Assembly: GCA_028686985.1 (NCBI GenBank)
Contig: JAQUBA010000001.1
Coordinates: 17,194 to 81,193 of the forward strand
Source: Candidatus Iainarchaeum sp.
GTDB lineage: Archaea > Micrarchaeota > Micrarchaeia > Anstonellales > Bilamarchaeaceae
Reading direction: 5' to 3'
Length of the DNA: 64,000 nucleotides
Within the stretch, counting starts at the first letter, position 1; each line of letters begins with the position of its first letter. The notes beneath the pieces are model-generated. The model made no database searches. It saw only the letters and a list, made by a program, of their open reading frames with translations, and was not told the origin of the DNA. Shown piece by piece: positions 17,245 through 24,630 of the stretch. The position numbers were made by a program, and so were the translations under genes.

Positions 17245-18606
17245 ATGCCGGAAATGCGCATATACCCGCTCACAGGCATTACAGAGGAAGTCGCAGCCGT
17301 CGCCTTCGCCAAGACCAGCCGCTCCCCGGAGCCGTTTGACAAGATAGCGGCAGAACTCAGCGCGGAATCCTCCTCCAAATTCCACGAGAAGTGGGTGGTG
17401 GGCTACGGCCACTCCAGCGTAGCCGAGCACGCGGTCGCCCACCTAGCGGCTGAGGACATCTCCCGCCTCGCGGTGGAATCCATAGAGTCCAACCGCCTCG
17501 GCTCCTATACCGAAAAGTCCACCCGCTACCAGCGGTTGGACAGGTCGCACACCCACCTTCCTGAGGAGGTAAAGGGCACCCCCCTCCAGCGCGATTATGA
17601 AGACGCCATTGGCGCTCTTTTCTCCACATACGAACGCTCCATCTCCGCACTCACGGATTTCTATTCCTCCCAATCCAAGCCAGAACCCGGAAAGGAAAAG
17701 GCGCACGAAATAAAAATGAAGACGATGGCGATGGACTCCGCCCGCTTCCTCCTGCCCAACTCCACGCTCGCCAACGTAGGCATGACCATGAATGCCCGCG
17801 TCCTTGAATACGCGCTCATAAAGATGCTCTCCAGCCCCCTTGCGGAGGTGCGGAAGGCGGGCACAATGCTCCGCAGCGCAGGCGCACAGGTGTTCCCCAC
17901 GCTCCTGAAGAGGGCCGAAGAAAACACCGCCCTTGCCCGGTTCCAGGGCGAATCCAGGAAGGAATTCAGCCGTTTCTCTTCTCCGGTAGGCAGCAAGCAT
18001 GCCCGCCTAATCCACTATGATAAGAATGCGCTGGAAAACCTCTCCGCGTCCATCCTGTACCGGTGGAGCGGCCTCTCCTTTGGGGATGCACTCGCCCACA
18101 TTAAATCCCCCGACCCCTCAGGCGCGATGGAGCTGTTCAAATCAATCTCCTCCCGCTTCCCGGAAGGGCTGAAGCCCGTGCGCGAACTGGAGCACGTCAC
18201 TTACACTTTTGACCTCCTTATGGACCAGGGCGCCTATTACGAATTCAAGCGCCACCGCATGATGACCATAAGCGCGCAGGAGCCCACGGTTTCCCTGGGC
18301 CATAGGATTCCCGAAGACATGGGAAAATGCGGAATGAAAAATGAATTCCAGGAAGCGATGAAGGAGAGCGCGGAATGCTTCCAGAAAATAGAAGAAGCCC
18401 ATCCCTTTGCCTCCGGCTACATCGCCACCAACGCGCACTACCGCCGCGTCCTCGCGACCATGAACCTGCGCGAGCTATCCACATTCATAAAATTGAGGAG
18501 CGCCCCCTTCGCCCACTTCACCATACGCGAACTGGCTTTGGAAATGCTGGAAGAATTGAGGAAAGTGCACCCGGAATTCGCCGAGTTCATCAAGCCAGGT
18601 GCCTGA
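17245..18606 (+). CDS. thyX: Flavin-dependent thymidylate synthase, double-length ThyX-like
   Basis: The first half has GHSSVAEH and SNRLGSYTEKSTRY (ThyX motif spacing, RH replaced by SN). The second half has KRHRMMT. Length is 453 aa against about 220-250 for canonical ThyX. Confidence 0.7.
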   Translation: MPEMRIYPLTGITEEVAAVAFAKTSRSPEPFDKIAAELSAESSSKFHEKWVVGYGHSSVAEHAVAHLAAEDISRLAVESIESNRLGSYTEKSTRYQRLDRSHTHLPEEVKGTPLQRDYEDAIGALFSTYERSISALTDFYSSQSKPEPGKEKAHEIKMKTMAMDSARFLLPNSTLANVGMTMNARVLEYALIKMLSSPLAEVRKAGTMLRSAGAQVFPTLLKRAEENTALARFQGESRKEFSRFSSPVGSKHARLIHYDKNALENLSASILYRWSGLSFGDALAHIKSPDPSGAMELFKSISSRFPEGLKPVRELEHVTYTFDLLMDQGAYYEFKRHRMMTISAQEPTVSLGHRIPEDMGKCGMKNEFQEAMKESAECFQKIEEAHPFASGYIATNAHYRRVLATMNLRELSTFIKLRSAPFAHFTIRELALEMLEELRKVHPEFAEFIKPGA

Positions 18607-18609
18607 TGC

Positions 18610-19575
18610 ATGGAAACCATCTCGTTCCGCAACAACGCCCTCTTTCTCCTTGACCAGAGGAAGCTCCCCCACAAGGAGGAGCGGGTGAAGTGCAAGACCT
18701 ACGCGGAAGTCTCCTCAGCCATAAAGAACATGGTGGTGCGCGGCGCCCCCGCAATCTCCGTGGCCGCGGCATATGGCTGCGCATTGGGCGCAATCGCCGG
18801 AAAGGAAACCCAAGCGTACCGCTCCCTGATATCCTCCCGCCCCACCGCGGTGGACCTCGCCAACGCAATAGGTTTCATGCGTGCCAACCGCACCCGCAAA
18901 AGCCCCCTCACGCTCGCGGGGGAATGGGAAAAAACCGTCTATGACAAATGCAGGCGGCTCCGCCTGCACGGGGCAAGGCTCATCCCCAGGAACCCAAAAA
19001 TCCTTACCCATTGCAACACCGGCCCGCTGGCGGCCGGGAAATACGGCACCGCCCTCGGCGTAATCGCCGCCGCGCACAAATCCGGAAAAAGGCCCTTCGT
19101 ATGGGTAAAGGAGACCCGCCCCCGCTTCCAGGGCGCCCTCACTTCCTGGGAACTGGGGAGGATGCGTATCCCACACAGGGTAATCGTTGATTCCGCCGCC
19201 GCTTCACTCATGGCGGGTGGGGAAGTGGACCTGGTAATCCTCGGCGCGGACCGCATATGCAGGAACGGCGACTTCGCGAACAAGGTTGGCACCTACGACC
19301 TCGCCGTGCTCGCGCACGCGCACAAGATTCCCTTTTACGTAACCGCCCCGTCCTCCACCCTGGATTCCCGCCTCAAGTCCGGAAACTCAATCCAGATAGA
19401 GCGCAGGGACGAAAAAGAGGTGCTGGAATTCTCCGGGAAGAGGATTTATGCTAAAGGCACGAGGGCGCTCAATCCCGCCTTCGACGTCACTCCGCACAAG
19501 CTTGTAACCGCTTACATAACCGAAGACGGAATATTCCGGAGCCCGGATGCGCTATGGAAAGGTACGAAGGCGTGA
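18610..19575 (+). CDS. mtnA: Methylthioribose-1-phosphate isomerase family (aIF-2B-I / MtnA type)
   Basis: LLDQRKLP...MVVRGAPAISVAAAYG and ETRPRFQGA...GADRI..NGD.ANKVGTY. Confidence 0.8.
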   Translation: METISFRNNALFLLDQRKLPHKEERVKCKTYAEVSSAIKNMVVRGAPAISVAAAYGCALGAIAGKETQAYRSLISSRPTAVDLANAIGFMRANRTRKSPLTLAGEWEKTVYDKCRRLRLHGARLIPRNPKILTHCNTGPLAAGKYGTALGVIAAAHKSGKRPFVWVKETRPRFQGALTSWELGRMRIPHRVIVDSAAASLMAGGEVDLVILGADRICRNGDFANKVGTYDLAVLAHAHKIPFYVTAPSSTLDSRLKSGNSIQIERRDEKEVLEFSGKRIYAKGTRALNPAFDVTPHKLVTAYITEDGIFRSPDALWKGTKA

Positions 19576-20087
19576 AATTCAGGGCAATAAAAGTCCCAGG
19601 TGAAATCCCGGCCTCCTGCGCCTTCCGCCTCCTGTCCATGGACGCAGCCCTCAAGGGGCTCATCTCCACATCCGCTAATGAGGGCAACCTCAGCGTACGC
19701 TGCGGAGGAGGGTTTGTGATAAAGGGCGCCGGTTCCAGGCTCACCCTCATGAAGAGGGATGACATCTCCCACGTCCTTTCCGCAAATGAAAACGATTTCT
19801 CCCTTTCCTATTCCGGAGCCCTCCCCTCCTCCGAGTCCTTCATGCACCACCTCATCTACCGCGTAGTCCCAGCCTCCGCAATCCTGCATTTCCACGACGC
19901 TCCCCTGCTCTCCAAAAAGCTTTCCTTCCCTTCGGTCCCCAAGCTCCCCTACGGCTCCCCGGAGCTTGCAAAGGCGGTCTCCTCAAAGGCAAAGGCAGGC
20001 AAAATAGTCCTTATGGAAGGCCACGGGTCCGTAATATGGGCCGAAAAAGAAGGCGAACTAATCCCGCTCCTCAAATCTATCCTATGA
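19554..20087 (+). CDS. Class-II aldolase/adducin-family protein (MtnB / Ald2 / FucA-like)
   Basis: PSSE, HFH and GHG motifs at the positions of the catalytic Glu and zinc-binding His residues. It overlaps mtnA by 22 nt. Confidence 0.65.
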   Translation: MERYEGVKFRAIKVPGEIPASCAFRLLSMDAALKGLISTSANEGNLSVRCGGGFVIKGAGSRLTLMKRDDISHVLSANENDFSLSYSGALPSSESFMHHLIYRVVPASAILHFHDAPLLSKKLSFPSVPKLPYGSPELAKAVSSKAKAGKIVLMEGHGSVIWAEKEGELIPLLKSIL

Positions 20088-20445
20088 TTACCGTGCCGTG
20101 CGAATTGCTTATGCTTATCCCCCCGGAATGTTCCCCGCCGCACTCCACTCCGCAGCCAGGCACCCCCGCAGAGGCGGTTTCATTTCCCACACTTACTGAA
20201 ATAGTATTCCCGGTGCATTCCAGCACCGCGCTTTCCATAGAATAAGCCCTGCTATTCCCGTCGCCCAGCGCGCAAACCTCGCTTGCAATGGAAGACAAAT
20301 CCCCGGCAACCATCCTTGCCTTCTCCCTCGCATAGACCGTCCCCTCCGCGCCTTTTATCGTGGATAGCGCGGCAAGGGAAATCCCAAGCAGAGAAATCCC
20401 TACCGCAACCAAAAGTAGATACTCTGCGGTAACCTGGCCCTTCAT
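20077..20445 (-). CDS. Class-III signal peptide (type IV pilin-like) protein 2
   Basis: MKGQVTAEYLLLVAVGISLLGISLAAL has the KG/Q cleavage motif, Glu at +5 and a hydrophobic helix. Start placed at ATG 20445; the track ORF extends to 20493. Confidence 0.7.
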   Translation of the reverse strand: MKGQVTAEYLLLVAVGISLLGISLAALSTIKGAEGTVYAREKARMVAGDLSSIASEVCALGDGNSRAYSMESAVLECTGNTISVSVGNETASAGVPGCGVECGGEHSGGISISNSHGTVIIG

Positions 20446-20450
20446 CGTGG

Positions 20451-20681
20451 CTACCTGCAACATCCGCTGCTGCACTGCTCTCCATAGCTGCAATCAGAAG
20501 CGTCTGCACAGTGGTTGCAGTTTGCGACGTCGTTTGTGCTCGCCAGCACGTCGTTGGTCCTGCTCTCCACTGCGTCCCTGCTATCATACGCAGTGTTCAT
20601 CAGGGCCGACGCAGCCAGCGCGACAATCGCAATCACGACCGCGAGCAATATCAGCATTTCAGCGGAAACCTGTCCTTTCAT
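20451..20681 (-). CDS. Class-III signal peptide (type IV pilin-like) protein 1 with a Cys-rich C-terminus
   Basis: MKGQVSAEMLILLAVVIAIVALAASAL; C-terminal NCNHCADASDCSYGEQCSSGCC. It starts 4 nt after the PAC2 stop. Confidence 0.7.
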   Translation of the reverse strand: MKGQVSAEMLILLAVVIAIVALAASALMNTAYDSRDAVESRTNDVLASTNDVANCNHCADASDCSYGEQCSSGCCR

Positions 20682-20685
20682 AACA

Positions 20686-21435
20686 TCACCTTATGTACGT
20701 AATGTCTTTATTGCCTCCTGCAGTCTGCTTCTCTATCTCGTTCTCTATCTTCTTTATCATCTTTTCCCTCTCCTTCGCCTCTGCCTCAAGCTGCTCCATG
20801 TCTATTTTGAAGGAAAAGAGCTTCGCGAGCTTCTCCAGCACCGCCTTGGCCGAAGAGGGGTCCACATAGCTCCCGTGCGTCTCGCCCATCACGCACATGC
20901 CGTTTATCCCGCGGATGAGGGCAAGCGCGGGCAGCAGCCCCGCCACCCCCACTATGGAGCCCTTCGTCTCCCCGAACACGAACATGCCCTTATACCTCTC
21001 CATCGTCCTCTGGTTGTTGGAGGCGGCGAACACCTTCTTCTCCCCGCTCATCTTTCCGGAGCTGTACCCCCCTATAGTTATTATCGTCTTGACCTTGTGC
21101 TTCTGCGCGTAATCCAGCATCTTTCCAGCGACCTCATACTGCCCGTTGCCGGTTATCGCCTGCACGTCCCCCACAACCATGATGAGGTCCCTGTCCTTTA
21201 GCCTTATGAGGTAGAATTTGTTCTTCAGCAGCCTGATGCCGCCCTTGCTGGTCATCATGACCTGGTGCGGGAAATGCGGCGAGTACAAATCCGCTATTTT
21301 CTTGCCCCTCAGCTTCTTTATCATGTACTTTGCGACGACTTGGCCCACAAGCCCGATGCCAGGCAGCCCGGTGACCATCACAGGGTTCCGCAGCTTGCCC
21401 ACGCCCTGCTTCTCTAATATCATCGTCTCAATCAT
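20686..21435 (-). CDS. PAC2-family proteasome assembly chaperone (COG1938)
   Basis: VTGLPGIGLVGQVVAKY...GGYS...GVAGLLPA pattern with a C-terminal coiled coil. ATGA overlap with nop10. Confidence 0.7.
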   Translation of the reverse strand: MIETMILEKQGVGKLRNPVMVTGLPGIGLVGQVVAKYMIKKLRGKKIADLYSPHFPHQVMMTSKGGIRLLKNKFYLIRLKDRDLIMVVGDVQAITGNGQYEVAGKMLDYAQKHKVKTIITIGGYSSGKMSGEKKVFAASNNQRTMERYKGMFVFGETKGSIVGVAGLLPALALIRGINGMCVMGETHGSYVDPSSAKAVLEKLAKLFSFKIDMEQLEAEAKEREKMIKKIENEIEKQTAGGNKDITYIR

Positions 21436-21581
21436 AATATTCCCCCCGCTGCCCTTCTGTACTTTGCATAACGGTCGTTAGGATTATAAGGCGGAGGGTG
21501 CGCCATCTTCGGTTTTTTGCCGCAGTGCGCGGCCTTCATGGTGTATCCGCCGCACACAACGCACTTCGCCATCCGCTTCAT
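21432..21581 (-). CDS. nop10: H/ACA RNP protein Nop10
   Basis: MKRMAKCVVCGGYTMKAAHCGKKPKMAHPPPYNPNDRYAKYRR (49 aa zinc ribbon). Only the last third of track ORF 21432..21782. ATGA overlap with the aIF2-alpha stop. Confidence 0.85.
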   Translation of the reverse strand: MKRMAKCVVCGGYTMKAAHCGKKPKMAHPPPYNPNDRYAKYRRAAGGIL

Positions 21582-22321
21582 TTCGCTTCCTCTACAGAAA
21601 ATGTGCAATCCTTGCCCTTCATGCTCTTCTCTATCGCCGCGATCCTCTTCCCCATCTCCTTCTCCCCTGCCTTCGGGTCCTCGGTCTCCAGCCTGAGCAT
21701 GTACCTCCCAGCCCCGAGATAGTGCGCGTCCGCGCCCTCCAGCACCGTTTTCACCACGTGCATCCCATCCGGCTCGTAGCACGTTATCTTCAGCACCTTG
21801 GCGATTTCCGTCACTGGCTTCTTCACGTACTTTACGACCATGCCCTCCAGTTCCTTCTTCAGGGCCTTGTCAATGTCGAGCCCTTCAAATGCGGCGTCGC
21901 CCTCGTCCCTCACCGACTCCAGGAAGTCGTACAGGTTCCCGTACTCGGCGGTTATCTCAGTTTTTAGTGCGTCAAAGGTTTTTTTGCTTTTTGAATTCTT
22001 GAGCGCGACCTGGAGCAGCTTCACCGCCCTGGTCTCCTTCTTCACGCCCTCCACCTTGCGCTTCCGCTCGTCCTCATTCACCCTTTTGAGGGAAACGTCC
22101 ACCTGGCCCTTCGCCGCGTCAACCCTGTGCACTTTGACAACGAGCTTTTGCTTCTCCGACAAGAATTCGTGTATGTTCTTTATCCAGCGCGGGGCGACCT
22201 CGGAGACGTGCATGAATGCCTCCATGTCCCCATATTCGGAAAGGGTGCAGAACGCGCCGTAGGGCATTATCTTCTTGACTACCGCAATTGCAAGTTCCCC
22301 TTCACGCGGAAGCTGCGCCAT
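21578..22321 (-). CDS. eif2a: Translation initiation factor aIF2 alpha
   Basis: S1 domain (GELAIAVVKKIMPYGAFCTLSEYGDMEAFMHVSEV). The start at ATG 22321 overlaps the S27e TGA by 1 nt. Confidence 0.9.
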   Translation of the reverse strand: MAQLPREGELAIAVVKKIMPYGAFCTLSEYGDMEAFMHVSEVAPRWIKNIHEFLSEKQKLVVKVHRVDAAKGQVDVSLKRVNEDERKRKVEGVKKETRAVKLLQVALKNSKSKKTFDALKTEITAEYGNLYDFLESVRDEGDAAFEGLDIDKALKKELEGMVVKYVKKPVTEIAKVLKITCYEPDGMHVVKTVLEGADAHYLGAGRYMLRLETEDPKAGEKEMGKRIAAIEKSMKGKDCTFSVEEAK

Positions 22322-22494
22322 CACTCCATCTCCGCCACGATGGTGCCGCCGACCACCACCGCCTTCCCGCCTTTCGGCTCTATGAGGGGCTTGTTGCACA
22401 CCTTGCACTTCACCCTCGTCGCGGCGTTCTCGGAGGTCACCTGTTCGTTCCCGCACTCACATTTTACCTTCATGAATTTGCCCATAACAATCAT
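22321..22494 (-). CDS. rps27e: Ribosomal protein S27e
   Basis: KFMKVKCECGNEQVTSENAATRVKCKVCNKPL zinc ribbon. The ATG at 22494 overlaps the L44e TGA (ATGA). Confidence 0.9.
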   Translation of the reverse strand: MIVMGKFMKVKCECGNEQVTSENAATRVKCKVCNKPLIEPKGGKAVVVGGTIVAEME

Positions 22495-22772
22495 CTCTTG
22501 AGCTCCACCTTCTTCTTCGTCCTTCCGCGGAGCACCTTCTCCACGCTCTTGTTGCACACCTTGCACGTGAGCATTAGCTTCTGCCTCTTTCCCTGCTTCT
22601 TCACGGTCTTCTTACCCTTCCTCTTTCCGCCGTGCCCGTGCAGGCTCCTCTCGTGCTTCCTGGTGCCCTCCGCGAGGCCCCTCGCCCTCCCCCTGCTGGC
22701 GATCTTCACCTTCATGACGGAGTGCTTCCTGCATGAGGGGCAGTATGTCCTAATCTCCTTTGGAAATTCCAT
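22491..22772 (-). CDS. rpl44e: Ribosomal protein L44e
   Basis: YCPSCRKHSVMKV...GKRRYDRKQ-like basic core and TCKVCNK; 93 aa. Confidence 0.9.
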   Translation of the reverse strand: MEFPKEIRTYCPSCRKHSVMKVKIASRGRARGLAEGTRKHERSLHGHGGKRKGKKTVKKQGKRQKLMLTCKVCNKSVEKVLRGRTKKKVELKR

Positions 22773-22793
22773 TCAAAATCACCGTTTATCTTT

Positions 22794-23315
22794 CTACTGG
22801 AGCAACTCGGCCATCTTTTCCTTGAGAAGCCATTGCGCCTCTTCGCCCGGAAGCTCCGCCTCCTCCCCGTTCTTGTAGGGGCCATAGATTTTCTCGTTCA
22901 GCCCCTTGTACGGGCTTATATCCTTTACGAACTTAATTCTTTTAATATTATCCGTCTTGGGCCCGCAGGCCCTTTCCTCCACCATGCCGAGCATGGCAGC
23001 CTCGTTTTCCGACACCGCGCTCCTCAGCCGTGCGAGGAATTCCCTCTCCTCTTCCGTCAGGCCGGGCACTTCGTCCCTGCCCCTTATGGAGACGAGCACT
23101 ATTTTCTCCATCCTCTTGTTTATGACGGCGCGGGCAATCCTTTTTACATTCTCGCATTCCTTCATCACGAGGAGGTTTTGCGTTGACTTTGCCTCGCCTT
23201 CCCTCGCGCCCAGGAACGCCTTCAGCTCGGTGTAGAACCCATCCTCAAGCCGTGAGAGCTCCGCGTTCTGCATCTCGGCGCGTTGCAGCTCCCTGAGCTT
23301 AGAGTATGTGAGCAT
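22794..23315 (-). CDS. GINS subunit (Gins51/Gins15-like)
   Basis: The N-terminus MLTYSKLRELQRAEMQNAELSRLEDGFY and the C-terminal B-domain-like IKFVKDISPYKGLNEKIYGPYKNGEEAELPGEEAQWLL. The track start at 23339 is GTG; ATG 23315 sits about 25-35 nt after a TTTTTATTGCTTAA box. Confidence 0.6.
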   Translation of the reverse strand: MLTYSKLRELQRAEMQNAELSRLEDGFYTELKAFLGAREGEAKSTQNLLVMKECENVKRIARAVINKRMEKIVLVSIRGRDEVPGLTEEEREFLARLRSAVSENEAAMLGMVEERACGPKTDNIKRIKFVKDISPYKGLNEKIYGPYKNGEEAELPGEEAQWLLKEKMAELLQ

Positions 23316-23409
23316 GAGTCCCCCTTCCAGTTTTGCCACTTAAGCAATAAAAACCGATGCGTTCCGCAAGGAATAATAATTTTCCAGCAGGTTGTTTCCC
23401 GGGGTCCCC

Positions 23410-24090
23410 ATGAAAACAAACGCAATTCTCCCGCTTCTGCTCCTGGCCGTTTTGGCCGGCTGCCTGCAGCAGCGCATAACCTACATATGCCCCGACGGCT
23501 CGGTGGCCAACAGCACCTACCTGTGCCCTCCGGTGCAGCATCCGGAACCGCCCACAGAGGCGCCCGCGCAGGAGGCGCCGACCGCCGTGAATGAAACGCC
23601 CGCCCCGGAGCCGCCCCCCGAGGCCCCGCCGAACATTTCATGCTACAAACAGGGCGGCGACGACAGGTTTTCCCAGTCCATCGCAGTGCTCCGCTCTGAT
23701 TCCACGGTCCTGCAACAGGGGGAGGACGTTTGCCTCAGCCCTTCCGACCTGAAGGAATTCTACTGTGACGGCGATGAAATGGCCTACACGACCTATGCGT
23801 GCGGCAACGGATGCGAGGGCGGACGGTGCAACCGCGAGCTCGTGCGCAGCGAATGCAATGACACGGACGGAGGGGGCGCGGACCACCTTTACCTGAGGGG
23901 GCAGATAATCTACCGCGACTATTATTCGGACGGGAGCACGGAGGAAAGGACTTTGGTGGAGGACTACTGCGACGGCACCACGCTGAACGAGTATTCGTGC
24001 CCAAGCCCTGGATCCACAGTCCACTTCGGCCATTCCGAGCTCGCGTGCCTAGGATGTGCCGATGGCGCGTGCCCTCACCCATATGATTAG
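23410..24090 (+). CDS. Cys-rich lipoprotein with two repeated CxxC-type modules
   Basis: MKTNAILPLLLLAVLAGC lipobox and a Pro/Glu/Ala linker. The repeat EFYCDGDEMAYTTYACGNGCEGGRC recurs as EDYCDGTTLNEYSC...ACLGCADGAC. ATG 23410 lies 26 nt after ATAATAATTTT. Confidence 0.6.
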   Translation: MKTNAILPLLLLAVLAGCLQQRITYICPDGSVANSTYLCPPVQHPEPPTEAPAQEAPTAVNETPAPEPPPEAPPNISCYKQGGDDRFSQSIAVLRSDSTVLQQGEDVCLSPSDLKEFYCDGDEMAYTTYACGNGCEGGRCNRELVRSECNDTDGGGADHLYLRGQIIYRDYYSDGSTEERTLVEDYCDGTTLNEYSCPSPGSTVHFGHSELACLGCADGACPHPYD

Positions 24091-24093
24091 GAA

Positions 24094-24165
24094 AGCCCCG
24101 GAGGGGGATTGAACCCCCGACCTCTCGCTTACGAGGCGAGCGCTCTACCGCTGAGCTACCGAGGC
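24094..24165 (-). tRNA. tRNA-Thr (anticodon CGU)
   Basis: Hand-folded GCCTCGGTAGCTCAGCGGTAGAGCGCTCGCCTCGTAAGCGAGAGGTCGGGGGTTCAATCCCCCTCCGGGGCT. The acceptor stem has one G-U pair and the anticodon loop is CTCGTAA. Confidence 0.9.
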
Positions 24166-24265
24166 GCCAAGAAGAAGAGGGGGCGCGCCCCCTCCCCTCT
24201 TTAGGGTAATCATCCCTCCCCCCGACTTCAACTAAGGGGACGCTTTGCACGTACTCCTTACGCAC
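24166..24265 (-). repeat. tRNA-upstream conserved module, copy B
   Basis: About 89% identical by hand alignment to copy C. Hairpin GAGGGGG-CGCG-CCCCCTC at 24177..24194 and core at 24197..24265. A TATAAAATA box on the minus strand lies at 24271..24279, immediately upstream. Confidence 0.7.
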
Positions 24266-24319
24266 TATCTTATTTTATACAGTTTCCGGAAACCCGAAAC
24301 GGGAAACCGAGAACTGATA

Positions 24320-24402
24320 CGCCGAGGGCAGGATTTGAACCTGCAATTCCTTGCGGAATCGGTTTTCGAGACCGACGCACTGCCGGGTTATGCGACCTCG
24401 GC
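24320..24402 (-). tRNA. tRNA-Ser (anticodon CGA), class II with a long variable arm
   Basis: GCCGAGGTCGCATAACCCGGCAGTGCGTCGGTCTCGAAAACCGATTCCGCAAGGAATTGCAGGTTCAAATCCTGCCCTCGGCG with anticodon loop CTCGAAA. It has no conserved upstream module, only AT-rich boxes. Confidence 0.9.
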
Positions 24403-24460
24403 TAAGAGATTGCAAGTAATTATACTCCACTCATTTTCTTAAACCTAATGAAAAGCAGAA

Positions 24461-24531
24461 TGCGGCCGCCGGGATTTGAACCCGGGTCGCTAGATTGGCA
24501 ACCTAGAATCCTACCGCTAGACTACGGCCGC
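24461..24531 (-). tRNA. tRNA-Gly (anticodon GCC)
   Basis: GCGGCCGTAGTCTAGCGGTAGGATTCTAGGTTGCCAATCTAGCGACCCGGGTTCAAATCCCGGCGGCCGCA with anticodon loop TTGCCAA. Confidence 0.9.
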
Positions 24532-24630
24532 GCCAAGAGGAAGATGGGGCGCACCCCCTCCTCTCTTTAGGGTAATCATACCTCCCCCCGACTTCACTGA
24601 GGGAATTCTTTGCACGCACTCCTTACGCAC
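24532..24630 (-). repeat. tRNA-upstream conserved module, copy C
   Basis: See copy B. Imperfect hairpin at 24543..24560 and core at 24563..24630. The nearest TATA-like boxes on the minus strand are 40-65 nt further upstream (24672..24698). Confidence 0.7.

Noticed and set aside
21582-21782. The upstream two-thirds of track ORF 21432..21782, and likewise 37953..38234, 15860..16150, 22495..22566 and 22322..22456.
   Set aside because: These extensions overlap the 3' ends of the preceding conserved genes in another frame. The recognisable proteins (Nop10, the tRNA-binding protein, the K+ channel, S27e, aIF2-alpha) begin at internal Met codons that form ATGA or TGATG junctions.
23735-24265. A 176-aa minus-strand ORF covering tRNA-Thr and module copy B.
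   Set aside because: It overlaps a tRNA. The homologous module copies differ by a 1-nt indel, so no reading frame is shared, and its sequence is R/G/S/P-rich noise.
24197-24265. The module core considered as a C/D-box sRNA because of an AUGAUUA (C-box-like) sequence.
   Set aside because: AUGAUUA deviates from RUGAUGA. No CUGA D box lies at an appropriate distance on the same strand in all copies, and no C'/D' pair is present.
15299-24630. The three repeated modules considered as a CRISPR array or CRISPR leader.
   Set aside because: There are only three copies, 9 kb and 0.3 kb apart, with no regular repeat-spacer periodicity. Each is tied to a tRNA 5' end, and no cas genes are present in the window.
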